Shown here: positions 11,545-22,668 of the stretch, one piece after another
Layout: every line of letters begins with the position of its first letter
Numbering within the stretch: the stretch's first letter is position 1
From: Tetramitus jugosus
Taxonomy: Eukaryota; Protista; Heterolobosea
NCBI GenBank assembly: GCA_937625935.1
Contig: OW569352.1
Location: 310,001-374,000 of the forward strand
Length of the DNA stretch: 64,000 bases
Reading direction: 5' to 3'
Notes under the pieces: generated by a model
Database searches by the model: none
What the model saw: only the letters and a program-made list of their open reading frames with translations
Told to the model about the DNA's origin: nothing
Program-made: the position numbers and the translations under genes

Positions 11545-13124
11545 ATGGGCAACTGTTGTCTCGTACGTATTCCTTCACCACTGCCACAACAGCAGTTGTT
11601 TTCTTCTTCTGTTGTTTTCATTTGACACTCATCCATACCGTTCTCTCTCATCTATTGAATTTATTCAAATAATATACAGGGTCTTTTTGCTCGGGGTTCA
11701 GAACACAATCACTTTTCGGGCGATGAAGATGACAATCGAAATGAGCCATTGCTTCCAAAGACCTATCGTCCTCACTCGTTCTCACATGAAGCCAAAGTAT
11801 TGGCAGAGGCATGTGCCGAAGGGTAAGAATATCCTTGTTTGTGTGCCCGAATCAATGTCCTTCTTGTTGACTGACTGACTGACTGACTTACTTTTTTTGG
11901 GAATTGATTCGCTTGTTGTTGTCATTTAACAGTGACTATGACAAGGTACAAATGTTACTCAGTGAAAATACATCGATCCATATCAATGAAGCCGACAATC
12001 TAGGTTTAACGGCATTGTACAGTGCAGCTCTCTATAATCACATGCAAATTTGTCATTTATTGTTGGAGATGGGTGCAGATCCGAACATTGCAAACAAGAA
12101 TGGAGAAACTCCACTTCATGTCGCATGCAAGAGTGGTCATTTTGAAATGTGTCGACTCATGATACAGTTTGGAGCCGATTGTGAGTTTCGGTTCCGGGGC
12201 AGAAGTTGCTTGGATTTGGCTGTGCAGGGCAATTACCCAATGTTGGTTCGGTTCTTCTTGGCCATTTGTCCTCATTTGTTGAGATCATCAGATGGTCAAC
12301 AACAACAACAACAGTTGAATTCTTCCTTTTCTTCTCCGCGGTCTCCTTCCTCTTCATTCTCCATGAGCAGGAATTCATTCCAGTTGAGCAGCAGTAGTAG
12401 TATGAGTGCGACGGGTAGTGTATTTGGAAGCAATTCATTAATGAATGGTTCCATTGGTAGTTTAATGTCGTCATCGAGCATGATGACCCATGTGAATCAA
12501 TCAGAGTTGGAAATGAAGGACAAGACAGCCCCGACTGCACTCATTATCGCATCATCGTTGAATCATGTAGAGATATTGAAGATTTTATTGCAGCATGAGC
12601 CGGCAGTGGATTTGGTTGATGCAAATTCTGGAAAGTCATGCATCATGATTGCATGCGAGAGAGGACATCATAAGATTGTTCATTTATTTTTGTCGAGGAA
12701 CCGACACTCTCTGCTTGCCATCTTAAATCAAGTGAACATCAAGGAGAATGATTGGAGCTGTGTTCATTATGCCGCTGTGAACAACTCGATTAAATGTATG
12801 CAAATTATTGCACACTACTCGGGAGAGCAACGGTCCATATGGTCAGAGTTGAAGGATAAGAATGGTCGCACACCTCTTCATTTGGCCTCGTTATATGGTC
12901 ACTTTGATTTTGTTCGTTGCTTGTTGGACTATGGCGTGCGAACTGATATGCAGGATAATGATGGAAAGGTACCTGCAGATTTAGCAAGTGCAACACTACA
13001 CTATCACCAAGTGATGAAGGTATTTCGTGAGTTTGCACAGAAGAATAATCCTCCAGCTGGTCCATACACCCATCAAAGATATCCATCAGCAACACTCCGT
13101 GGTCACGCTCCTGCCTATCTATGA
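11545..13124 (+). CDS. Ankyrin-repeat protein with predicted N-terminal acylation motif (3 exons)
   Basis: Ankyrin repeats (GETPLHVAC, GRTPLHLAS). Inferred introns 11563-11679 and 11823-11932 give the in-frame N-terminus MGNCCLGLFARG...EACAEGDYDKV. Confidence 0.8.
11869..11888 (+). repeat. (GACT)5 microsatellite inside intron 2 of the ankyrin gene
   Basis: gactgactgactgactgact read directly; it creates tandem CTGAC branch-like sites. Confidence 0.8.
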
Positions 13125-13252
13125 TAGGGCAACAAACAATCTGAATGATACTTGTGAATTCAATTCCCCTAGGTTACAATGCATTAAAACAATATGTACA
13201 CGTTTTTATGTAATGATCTGATTGTTTGGTTTTTCTCTCTTCTCGAGCTGGA

Positions 13253-15142
13253 TTAATCTGATGGGCCGTTCCACACTCCAATTGAGACTTGTTGCTTGTG
13301 GACGATAGAGACAGTTGGATAGAAAAGTTGTCCGGTTATTCCGGTCACCTTACCACATGGTTCATAGCTTTCATTCTTCCAAAATTCGATTGTGGCTCCG
13401 AGTGGAATTCCACCGTTGTGTACCTGTTCATATCGAGCAACCAATCTTTGGTAGACCTCCAGATCTCTCTCACTTTCTTTCTTCAACCGCTCAAGGATTA
13501 CATCAGCCTCTGTGCTGGAATACCTTGTATCAAATCGAACAAAGATCGTATCCCCAGTCTTAATTGCATCTTTTTCTGGGATAGGTTCTTTGTGTGGTAC
13601 TAAAACTGGTACTTCTCTACCCAAGTACCGCTTCTTCATTGGACCACAGATGAGACATGAACCCTTGTATTCATGGAATCCAATGACGTCAACCCAGTGG
13701 TCTTGTCCTTCCCATTTAAAACCAGGAACTTCTACACCAATTAGAATCCACCAAAGGTTTTCAGGACATCTTACGAGCTTGTCAATAAATATGCACCAGT
13801 GAAACACGGATCCTGATTTCATGAGTTTCTTGGACCGAATCGTCTCCCACCAGTTGGAGTTTGAAGAGTGGCTGTTAAAGGCCGTTCGGTCATAGTTCGA
13901 ATACTTACATTTGCTGTTGTTGATACGGAGCGAAGAGTCAAATGGAAGAATCAATAGTTCAATAAGTCGATTCTTCCAGTCAATGTACTGATTGGGAACG
14001 AAGGCAGCTGCAGGCGAGGTTGGTGTTATTGGATAGTTTGAGTCCGGTAGAGCCAAATACTTGCTGTTTCTGTCCATATCTCTCTGCTCTGCCATTTTCA
14101 AATCCATTAATCTATTCTTCAATTCATTCCTTTGTTCATCGTCAATGAGTATTGAGAGCACATACTCCTCGAACGTCATGTAACTTGTTCTTTGCTTCAA
14201 AAAGTCTCTGATTACCTTTTTGTGAATATTTTTAGTTTGAGATCGTCTCGAGGATGCAGCTGATGACGATGATGCGGGCACAGTGTTGTTGGATAATCTA
14301 CTAGGAGGATTGTTGTTTGTGAGGATAGTAATCTCATCTGTTGGATGAACTATCGTATCGTTTCCATCGTCATCATCATCATCCACATCATCTTCCTCAT
14401 AATCTTCATCAATCACAATAGATCTCTGGTCTTCAGTTTCATCGTCATCAGCTATCGTAGTCTGTACTCCGTCATCGTCGTCGTCATCATCGTCACCACC
14501 GATTGATCCCATCATTGTATCTCTTGTCTGTCTTGCATCGAGATCGATATCTGATCGAAGATCCTCATCCATATAGTCAACATCTGTATCATCATAATCC
14601 TCATCTTCAATGTCTTCTCTCTCCGCAATGGATGATGTCGGTGATACATGAACGGCATTTGCATCTGCATCAATATCATCATCATCGTCATCATGATTAT
14701 TGTTATGAGCATCATTATCATCATCATTGTCATCAGTTGTGGTCGCAGCAGTAGCAGAAGGAGCTGCAGACAGTGCACGCAGGGACGCAATGAGTTGAGC
14801 ACCCTTCTTGTATCTCCAGTATTGACGCGTAATGTTCAAACACAGTTCCTTCCACACGAGTTGATGATTACTGAGACGATTCAAGTACCGACAACACTCT
14901 CCAAACGACACGATAGACTTGTGATCCAGGAAGAACAAGACACTGACCAAGACTTCACTCGGCATTTGAAACAGGGAAGATGTGTGAGGACTTTGAGGAA
15001 CAGAGTTGGGTGAGAGCGGAGATGTTTGAACATGTGGTGACCGTTGTTGCTTGATGATGGGAGAGTTGGGCGCAGTGATTTGAACAGAGGAGATGCCCTG
15101 TGGGAAAGGGTGATGGTGTTGTTGTTGTTGTTGGTTCGACAT
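13253..15142 (-). CDS. F-box protein with C-terminal SPRY/B30.2-like domain
   Basis: F-box MPSEVLVSVLFFLD...CCRYLNRL...WKELC, an acidic linker, and SPRY-like WILIGV, GDTIFVRFD, IEFWKN, FYPTVSI. Confidence 0.75.
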   Translation of the reverse strand: MSNQQQQQHHHPFPQGISSVQITAPNSPIIKQQRSPHVQTSPLSPNSVPQSPHTSSLFQMPSEVLVSVLFFLDHKSIVSFGECCRYLNRLSNHQLVWKELCLNITRQYWRYKKGAQLIASLRALSAAPSATAATTTDDNDDDNDAHNNNHDDDDDDIDADANAVHVSPTSSIAEREDIEDEDYDDTDVDYMDEDLRSDIDLDARQTRDTMMGSIGGDDDDDDDDGVQTTIADDDETEDQRSIVIDEDYEEDDVDDDDDDGNDTIVHPTDEITILTNNNPPSRLSNNTVPASSSSAASSRRSQTKNIHKKVIRDFLKQRTSYMTFEEYVLSILIDDEQRNELKNRLMDLKMAEQRDMDRNSKYLALPDSNYPITPTSPAAAFVPNQYIDWKNRLIELLILPFDSSLRINNSKCKYSNYDRTAFNSHSSNSNWWETIRSKKLMKSGSVFHWCIFIDKLVRCPENLWWILIGVEVPGFKWEGQDHWVDVIGFHEYKGSCLICGPMKKRYLGREVPVLVPHKEPIPEKDAIKTGDTIFVRFDTRYSSTEADVILERLKKESERDLEVYQRLVARYEQVHNGGIPLGATIEFWKNESYEPCGKVTGITGQLFYPTVSIVHKQQVSIGVWNGPSD

Positions 15143-15339
15143 TGATAAATAGTAGTAGTGGTAGTAGTAGTAGGGAGGTAGAAAATTGTTGGAACGAACA
15201 GAGCGTCTATCAAAGATCTTTTTGATGTTTTGAGCGTCTCTCTCTTGATGAATACGACAACTTCTGACTGCTGTTTGTTTCAGACAAATACTGCTCTAAA
15301 AATAAAAGCGGTGTCTAACTTTTTCTCCGATGGAGTTTG

Positions 15340-17746
15340 TCACTTCTCTTGTTGATGAAACACTCCATTCCAGTCGCCATCAGGGGGGTTCTGTTGAAAG
15401 TGTTTACATCTCTTGATCATGACCTTGCAATGGGCGTCGTTTGGTGCTTTTCCTAGGTAGGATTCGAACTTGACCCTTGCCGCCTTGAAGTTGCAACTCA
15501 GGTAGGCAGCAAGTGCTTGTTCGAACAAATCACAAAGATCGATTTGCTCTTTTGTTGCTTCATCCATGTGACAAAGAACTTCATAGATCTTTGTCGGTTC
15601 AGATTTTCCAACGACAGTCACACAATCGAGAGGCCGACAGAGGAAAGAAGCAGAACAATGATTGTAAACTGAATCTGAGATCATCAAATAGGTTCCATAG
15701 TACTTGTTCAATGCTTACATACAGAAAATTTTCAGTTAGTATTTTTCAATTGATTGGGACAAGGAAGTGCTTTTCAATACCTTCAAGTCGACTTCCTAAG
15801 TTAACAGTGTCCCCCAGAGCTGTGTAAGACACTCGAGCATTCGGACTACCAATATTACCAACCAATGCTTTCCCGCTGTTCAATCCGATTCTCGTTCTTA
15901 TTTTGGGAAAACCTCTGTTCATCCATTCAACCTGGAGCTCTGCCAATCGTTTCTGCATTTGAATAGCACTCAGAACTCCCTTGGAGATGTGGTCTTCGAG
16001 GGGTATAGGCATTCCCCAGAACTAATGATTTTGAGTCTTAGTTTGTTTGTAAAAATATTCAGATCAGTTAAAGAAACAATAATCAATACTTACAGCCATG
16101 ATTGCATCTCCAATGTACTTGTCCAGAGTACCTTGGTTCTGCAGGACAATTGTTGTCATCTCACTGAAGTAAGCTTCCAGCAACTCTAGAAGCATATCAG
16201 CTCCTACACTCTCCGAGAGAGTAGTAAACGATTCTATATCACTAAAGAGGACACAAATGTCAGCACTCCTTAAACCTAGGGAAGTCCCAGTCTTACTCTG
16301 AAGCAATATTTTGACGACTTCAAGAGGAACGTATCGACCAAAATGTGTTATAGCAGACGTCATTTTGTGAAATTGGTGCTGCAACCGCTGCACTTCGTAA
16401 AAGGTTGTTGCCGACTTTTCTGTCAACTTTACATTAAAGTTCATGTTAGCTATCTTTTCCATATCCACTCCCAACCTCTTCAATGGAGCTGTGATCAAAA
16501 TCGAGAACACTATTGATACAACACCAGCAACAACGGATGTACATGCACTGGTCACTCCTATCACAATTCTTGTTTTTTCAATGGGCCCGGAGAACTCAGA
16601 ATCCATTGTAACCAAGACTATGATCCAATCTATTCCCTCCTGGCCTAGAGCAACATACTGAATATTGAGTTTCCAATCTTTCAGATAGAGTTGATGAATG
16701 TCAAAGTCGGTTATGTTGAAAAAGTATCCATGAGCTCTCTCAATAGCCCTTGCAGTTCGTCTGACCAACCTGTTTTTGGAATCGAATGGAGTGCTCCTAA
16801 CACTTGTTCCATTGGGATATGAGACAAAAAGAACGGAGTTTGGTGTTGAGTCAGCTACCATGAATCCGGACTTATCAATAATAAAGGTCACTCCTCTCTT
16901 CAAAAATGAGGTTGCTTCCAAATAGTTTGATAATTGTAGCAGAGTACTCTGATAGGTAACAACACCCAATACTTCATCATTCGTCTGGTTGACGATTGGT
17001 AGAACCGCCCCGACAAACAATTGGTCAGGGAGGGACGAGTCAAAAATAGGAGGAACTATCGACACTTCTCTGGGTCCAGATACACCTTGTTTGTACCATA
17101 CACTTTCAGATACGTTGTAGGGTATTGGAGGGATGTATGAAGGATCAGGAAGTGGAGTGACACCATCTGTTGTGTTGCTTGGGAATGCATAGAGCAGTTC
17201 CGAAGAAACATTGGCCCATTGAACTATTTTCAGCGTTTCAAATCCATTGACAAAACCAACTATACTCTCATCTGTAGCTATCATAATCACTAAAGCTTCA
17301 GGGTTTGCTTTGGCAAGACTGAATGTGAGTCTAGACATTTCATTATAGTCTTGTAAGATATCCAAGTTCCTCTCAATGACCGACCCCAGGATAGGAAGGG
17401 TTTTAAAAGGTGCCTGAAGTAAATCAGACACTCTAGATTTCACATCACTCAAGACTAGCTCTCGAATGACTTGAACTTGTTCAAACACACCTCTCGTTTG
17501 ATATGAGTCAGATAGAACCATTAAAATTACCAACAAGAATAGAGCTTGAAGAACAAAGGCAATGACCAGGATAACTCGAATTGAGTATAGTTGACCTCCA
17601 TGAAGCCAAGAAAATCTTTTTTTGTTTGTAGGAGTTTCATTTAGGCCTTCTCTAACTGCATAACTACTCTGGTACTGCTGTAATGATTTGGTAGATGTAT
17701 TTACATCCCATTCGGATGTGGAAGAACTGACCACTGTATTACTCAT
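15340..17746 (-). CDS. Membrane adenylate cyclase, class III (TM-Cache-TM-HAMP-cyclase), 3 exons
   Basis: LFSDIESFT, DKYIGDAIMA|FWG, RIGLNSG, YTALGDTVNLGSRLE|ALNKYYGT. Introns 16022-16093 and 15714-15780 restore the frame. Confidence 0.88.
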
Positions 17747-18009
17747 TGTTGGTTCTGCGCGAGATTATTGAAGTCGCGGTGCCAAGAGGGAAACAGTTCC
17801 AACACTCAAAAGAAACACCGAAGAACTGTAGATGCGCCCGTCGAGTTTAACCAGGGCGATGCGGAACAACTTGAAGAATATCCGACGAACGGAAGCTTCC
17901 GGACTTTTCACATGGAAGAAAACATGTGTGGTGATTCTAATAAAGCAAAAGCAACACAAACAAGACAATAACGAGAGATTCAACCAAACCTCATCAACAA
18001 ACAACAAGA

Positions 18010-19371
18010 ATGCAAAACGCATTACCTGTAATCACCGGAGTAGACCATGTGAGGTTCTACGTTGGAAATGCTTTCATGTCCAGCGATTTTTTCTGCCAAA
18101 AATTTGGCTTCACACAGCATGCATTCGACGGATTCCAGACTGGCAATAAGCACCTGTGCACAAAGGTAGTCAAGCAACAAAATGTTTACTTGGCATTCAC
18201 AAGTGCATTGCAGTCTCCACCTAGTTTGATCAAAAAACTACTCAATAATAATAATAAGAATAATAGTAAGCATAATACGAGTAGTAGCGCATGTGAGGAG
18301 AGCTCAGCAGAGGAGTTGATTTTATCCGATTTTCATAAGAGACTGCAATTGCATGGTGATAATCATGTCAGAGATGTCGCCTTCTCTGTCCACAATGTTC
18401 AAGAGGCCTTTGACCGGGCAATCAAAAATGGCGCCAAAACAATTCAAGCGCCAACGAAATATTCCGTCTCCGCCGGCGTGGAGGCAGGAACGGAGAGCAA
18501 GGAGGAGGATGCATATATTGAAATAGCAGTGATACAGCCTCCGTTTGCAGGATGGATCCATACGTTAATCAAGAGACACAATTGCTCAATTGAACATGAC
18601 TTGTTCTTGCCTGGTTATCAATTGATTTCACGAGGACAGGAACAAGAAGAAAAGGCTCAATCAGAGCTCGCGGCTGGTCCATTTGTTGAACACATTGACC
18701 ATATGGCATGTGCCATCGAAAAGGACAGCTTGAAGAAGGTTGTTCAATGGTACAGTTCTGCACTTGGATTCGCTCGATTTATCTCAAGTGATGATGACAA
18801 GACAGAGACGGGTATTAGTATTGAATCATCGGACGCCAAAGATACCGTAGGATTAAGAACAATGACCATGACACCTGATCAATCGAATCCTCAATGCTTC
18901 AAAATTGTGTTTGTTGAACCGGTGAACACACAAAAGACAAAGTCACAGATTCAAGAGTTTTTGGATTTTCATGGCGATACGGGCATTGCTCATTTGGCAC
19001 TTTACACGGACAACATTGTGGATAGTGTGCGGTTCGCCAGAGAACGATCCATTCCATTTATTAGTGTGCCCCACACTTATTATTCCCAATGGAGGACAGA
19101 TCGAAAGGAGTTGCACGAACAGGTCAAGGAAAATTGGGATATGTTGGAAGAGCAATCGATTCTGTGTGATGGTACCCTTTCAGCAGAAGACAATCATTTC
19201 AAGTATTTGTTGCAAACGTTTACACTCCCATTGCAAGATAGACCAACATTCTACTTTGAGTTGATTTCTCGTCGAGGAGCCAACGGATTTGGAAAGGGCA
19301 ATATCAAGAGCTTGTTCGATGCCATCGAACAACAACAAAAGGAGAGGGGCAATTTTGAAATAAATCAATAA
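18010..19371 (+). CDS. HPD: 4-hydroxyphenylpyruvate dioxygenase family protein
   Basis: DHVRFYVGNA, HGDNHVRDVAF, metal triad (HIDH, AHLAL, YFELI), YLLQTFT..LQDRPT, GFGKGN. HPD versus HPDL not resolved. Confidence 0.85.
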   Translation: MQNALPVITGVDHVRFYVGNAFMSSDFFCQKFGFTQHAFDGFQTGNKHLCTKVVKQQNVYLAFTSALQSPPSLIKKLLNNNNKNNSKHNTSSSACEESSAEELILSDFHKRLQLHGDNHVRDVAFSVHNVQEAFDRAIKNGAKTIQAPTKYSVSAGVEAGTESKEEDAYIEIAVIQPPFAGWIHTLIKRHNCSIEHDLFLPGYQLISRGQEQEEKAQSELAAGPFVEHIDHMACAIEKDSLKKVVQWYSSALGFARFISSDDDKTETGISIESSDAKDTVGLRTMTMTPDQSNPQCFKIVFVEPVNTQKTKSQIQEFLDFHGDTGIAHLALYTDNIVDSVRFARERSIPFISVPHTYYSQWRTDRKELHEQVKENWDMLEEQSILCDGTLSAEDNHFKYLLQTFTLPLQDRPTFYFELISRRGANGFGKGNIKSLFDAIEQQQKERGNFEINQ

Positions 19372-19468
19372 AATCGTAACAATAATATACAACCACCATC
19401 TCTGCTACTCTGCGATTCGTTTGAGTAAAGTTGAGATGTATTCTTCGTGTGTGATATTGTACAGGTGT

Positions 19469-20398
19469 TTAGACACGTTCAATTGCCGACTCATTACTAT
19501 CATCCTGTTCTTCTATTCTCTTCAGTTCCAATGCGTGAATATAGTATCGATTCTTTGGTTCGTGACACTTTTCACTTGCTAGTCCGTGATATTGAGTAAA
19601 ATAGCCTACAAAAGCCATCACGGTACCCAGGAAGGCACCAGCCAAAATATCATCATAATTGTGATGATAGTCCCTCGTTCGACTGATCGCAATGAATCCA
19701 CATATGAAAATAGGACAAACACTGCACAAAATTTTCCACACATTGCCATGATTCGTTCTAAATATCCTAAACTTTCCACTCAAATACAATGACAAAAACA
19801 CCATGGCCGTAAAGCTTAACGAAGAATGACCCGATGGAAACGACAGTCTACCATCTCTCACATCATTCAACACCATATTCGTGCACTTGCCTGTGATATC
19901 AGGTTTGCATCGAGCCAAAAAATCAGGTCTCAATCGTCCGGCGTACAACTTGAACACATCTGTAAACAGAATCGTGAGCATTATACTAATGAATTGACCG
20001 AGGAGACCATGATGAAAATCGTGCCAACTCTTGAACCGTAACTGCCACAGTGCAAAGAAAACGGCAGGTGCAAAAAACGTAAATGTAATCAATAACCAAT
20101 CAGGCACTATACTCGGTGTGCTCGGATAACTGACTGTTGCATCTGGCATGTCATGATACGTTGAGTATCGATGGAACGGAGACAGATAACCCATGGTACC
20201 AAACACAATCTGAGAAACTAAAATAATTGTGCATATGAGAGCCCAGTCGAACACGTAGTGCCATGACCACCATGTTGGCTTACTCATTTGATGTTGATAG
20301 GCAGTGGTGGGTAGTCTGACTACGGGTGACGATCGTCTCGTTCCACTATTGTTCGTTGAAGTCAGCTTTGAAACCAGGGATTGTAGGGAGGACAGCAT
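19469..20398 (-). CDS. PAP2-family lipid phosphate phosphatase
   Basis: KLYAGRLRPDF, SFPSGHSS and SRTRDYHHNYDDILAG motifs; multiple TM helices; start codon uncertain. Confidence 0.88.
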   Translation of the reverse strand: MLSSLQSLVSKLTSTNNSGTRRSSPVVRLPTTAYQHQMSKPTWWSWHYVFDWALICTIILVSQIVFGTMGYLSPFHRYSTYHDMPDATVSYPSTPSIVPDWLLITFTFFAPAVFFALWQLRFKSWHDFHHGLLGQFISIMLTILFTDVFKLYAGRLRPDFLARCKPDITGKCTNMVLNDVRDGRLSFPSGHSSLSFTAMVFLSLYLSGKFRIFRTNHGNVWKILCSVCPIFICGFIAISRTRDYHHNYDDILAGAFLGTVMAFVGYFTQYHGLASEKCHEPKNRYYIHALELKRIEEQDDSNESAIERV

Positions 20399-20603
20399 TT
20401 GGAAGAGTTGATTGTTGCAGATATATGATTGTTGTCTTGTTCTTGTTGTTTGTGTGCGCACACAAGTCAATTTCTTCCTTCTTCTCAGTGGGATAAAATT
20501 AGCAAATGTCGAAAAAGGAATTTCACAAGAAAGATGAGCTTGTTGTTGATTACAACGTGTGTTGTTTGCCTTTTCTTCTGATTGGTTGGTTTTTATGTTG
20601 TTC

Positions 20604-21962
20604 TTAAGCTTCAATCTCGTGAATGGTGTCCTTGATCATTTGAGTGCATTCCTTCATTTGAGACTCAGTGATAATGAGAGGAGGTGTGAAACGGATAATG
20701 TTGCCATGGGTTTGCTTGGCCAATAGACCTCTTGTCTTCAACATCTTGCACACATCGTAACCAGTCAAGTTCTTGCTCTTCATCTTTGCGTGATCTTCGT
20801 CGATGACAATAGCGTTCAAGAGACCTCTGCCTCTCACGAGTTGCACAATACCACTCTTGTCAGACTTGACCAATGAAGAGACTTCACTACGGAAGAGCTC
20901 TCCCATCTTTTGAGCATTCTCAGCCAAGTTCTCCTCTGCAACAACATCTAATGCAGCAATAGACACTGCACAACCCAATGGATTACCTCCAAAAGTAGAT
21001 CCGTGAGTTCCAGGCTCAAACACATTCATGACATCGTCACGTGCCAACACTGCAGAGACTGGATAGAATCCACCGGACAGTGCCTTACCCAAAACCAAGA
21101 CATCCGCCTTGAAGCCATCATAGGAATGAGCCAACATTTTGCCCGATCGAGCAATACCCGTCTGAATCTCATCCGCAATAAACAACACATTGTGCTTCTT
21201 GCAAAGCTCATAACACTCCTTCAAGTAGCCATCTGGAGGAACGACGACACCGGCTTCACCTTGAATTGGTTCCACGAGGAAACCACACACCTTATCACCC
21301 ACCTTTTCCAACACTTGCTTCAATGATTCCACACTGCCGTACTCTACAATTTGAATACCTGGCAAGAATGGACCATAGTCGTTTCTGGCATCTGGATCCG
21401 TGCTCATCGAGACAATGGAAATGGTTCTTCCGTGGAAATTGTCGCTGCAAGCAATAAAAATGGCTTCATTCTCAGGAATCTTCTTGACTCTGTAGCCCCA
21501 CTTTCTAGCCAACTTGATTGAAGTCTCCACTGCTTCAGCACCAGTGTTCATTGGCAAAACTCTGTCATAACCAAACAATTCGCACACTTTTTTGGCCCAT
21601 CGACCAAACACACTATTGTAGAAGGCTCTGGAGGACAGTGTAACATTCTCTGCTTGATCCTTCAATGCTTGAAGAATCTTTGGATGTCTGTGACCTTGGT
21701 TCACTGCAGAGTAAGCACTCAGAAAATCATAGTACTTTTTGCCCTCGGGGTCCCACACGTTGACACCTTCAGCCTTTTCGAAAACGATTGGAAGTGGGTG
21801 ATAGTTGTGTGCAGAGTATTGATTCTCCATGTTGATGACGTCTTGAGAAGTGTATGATGGCTTCTTGAAAGCAGAGGAAGACATGTGACGATGAGTCATA
21901 TGACATTGGAGAGAGGTGGTTGCCTTTTTTTGAATGTGGGACAATGCACGTGGAGCAAACAT
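20604..21962 (-). CDS. OAT: Ornithine aminotransferase, mitochondrial
   Basis: [44 protein letters not shown] (PLP lysine), [10 protein letters not shown]; N-terminal transit-like peptide. Confidence 0.95.
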   Translation of the reverse strand: MFAPRALSHIQKKATTSLQCHMTHRHMSSSAFKKPSYTSQDVINMENQYSAHNYHPLPIVFEKAEGVNVWDPEGKKYYDFLSAYSAVNQGHRHPKILQALKDQAENVTLSSRAFYNSVFGRWAKKVCELFGYDRVLPMNTGAEAVETSIKLARKWGYRVKKIPENEAIFIACSDNFHGRTISIVSMSTDPDARNDYGPFLPGIQIVEYGSVESLKQVLEKVGDKVCGFLVEPIQGEAGVVVPPDGYLKECYELCKKHNVLFIADEIQTGIARSGKMLAHSYDGFKADVLVLGKALSGGFYPVSAVLARDDVMNVFEPGTHGSTFGGNPLGCAVSIAALDVVAEENLAENAQKMGELFRSEVSSLVKSDKSGIVQLVRGRGLLNAIVIDEDHAKMKSKNLTGYDVCKMLKTRGLLAKQTHGNIIRFTPPLIITESQMKECTQMIKDTIHEIEA

Positions 21963-22668
21963 GTTTGTTGTTGATTGTTGGTTTTTTGGTTATTGGTTGT
22001 TGGTTGTTGTTATGATTTGCGATTGGATTTGTTTGTTTACCCCTTTTTTTTCGTGTTTTTTTTTGTGGGCGATCGCCCTGCGAAACGCAAGTGCACGGAG
22101 TTATTCATGTCATAAAACAAATTGCCAGTGTGGCATAAGTGAAAATATCTCTCGTTGGGGACCTTTGAGCAGGCCTTTACAATGTCCAAGCGATATCCTG
22201 GGGATATAATGTAAGAAGAAGAGTGCGGGGTGTGTGACGGCAAGCGCAAGGATCTGTTGATGATTCAAAATCCCCACGTGTTCACAACCTGCCATGTGCA
22301 GCTTTTTCAGAAGAAAATCCTTCAGACGATAGGAGTTTCTGAACTTTTGAATCACGCAAGTGGTGAACAACAGAGGGGAGATCGTATAAGTATCATCACA
22401 GCCTATCTTTTTGTTTCCTGACTGCAGGGAGAATTGGTGAATCTCCGCTGTATCTTCCGTACCGACAACTACGATTTTTTATTGAGTGGTACAGAACCAA
22501 ATGTAGAGCTAACCTTTTGGGACAGTATCTCAAAGGTATTCTCCAAAGTAGTAGAGTAGTTTCAAGGACCCATAGTCCCTTTTCTTTTACAGTGATGGTG
22601 CGAAATTTTTCACTCCTTGAGGTTTCTAACAACCAAAACGACCAAAGAAGAATAGTTGAATGCTTGCA

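Noticed and set aside
15340-17746. Bacterial-like Cache-HAMP adenylate cyclase as a novel HGT
   Set aside because: Such cyclases are a known expanded family in Naegleria-like protists, and this gene has introns.
18010-21962. HPD, PAP2 and OAT as a metabolic gene cluster
   Set aside because: Different pathways and orientations; adjacency is unremarkable in a compact genome.
22142-22150. Perfect evening element AAAATATCT between OAT and DUF262 copy 1, in a window encoding an RVE-like MYB
   Set aside because: One or two matches of this AT-rich 9-mer are expected by chance in 64 kb read on both strands.
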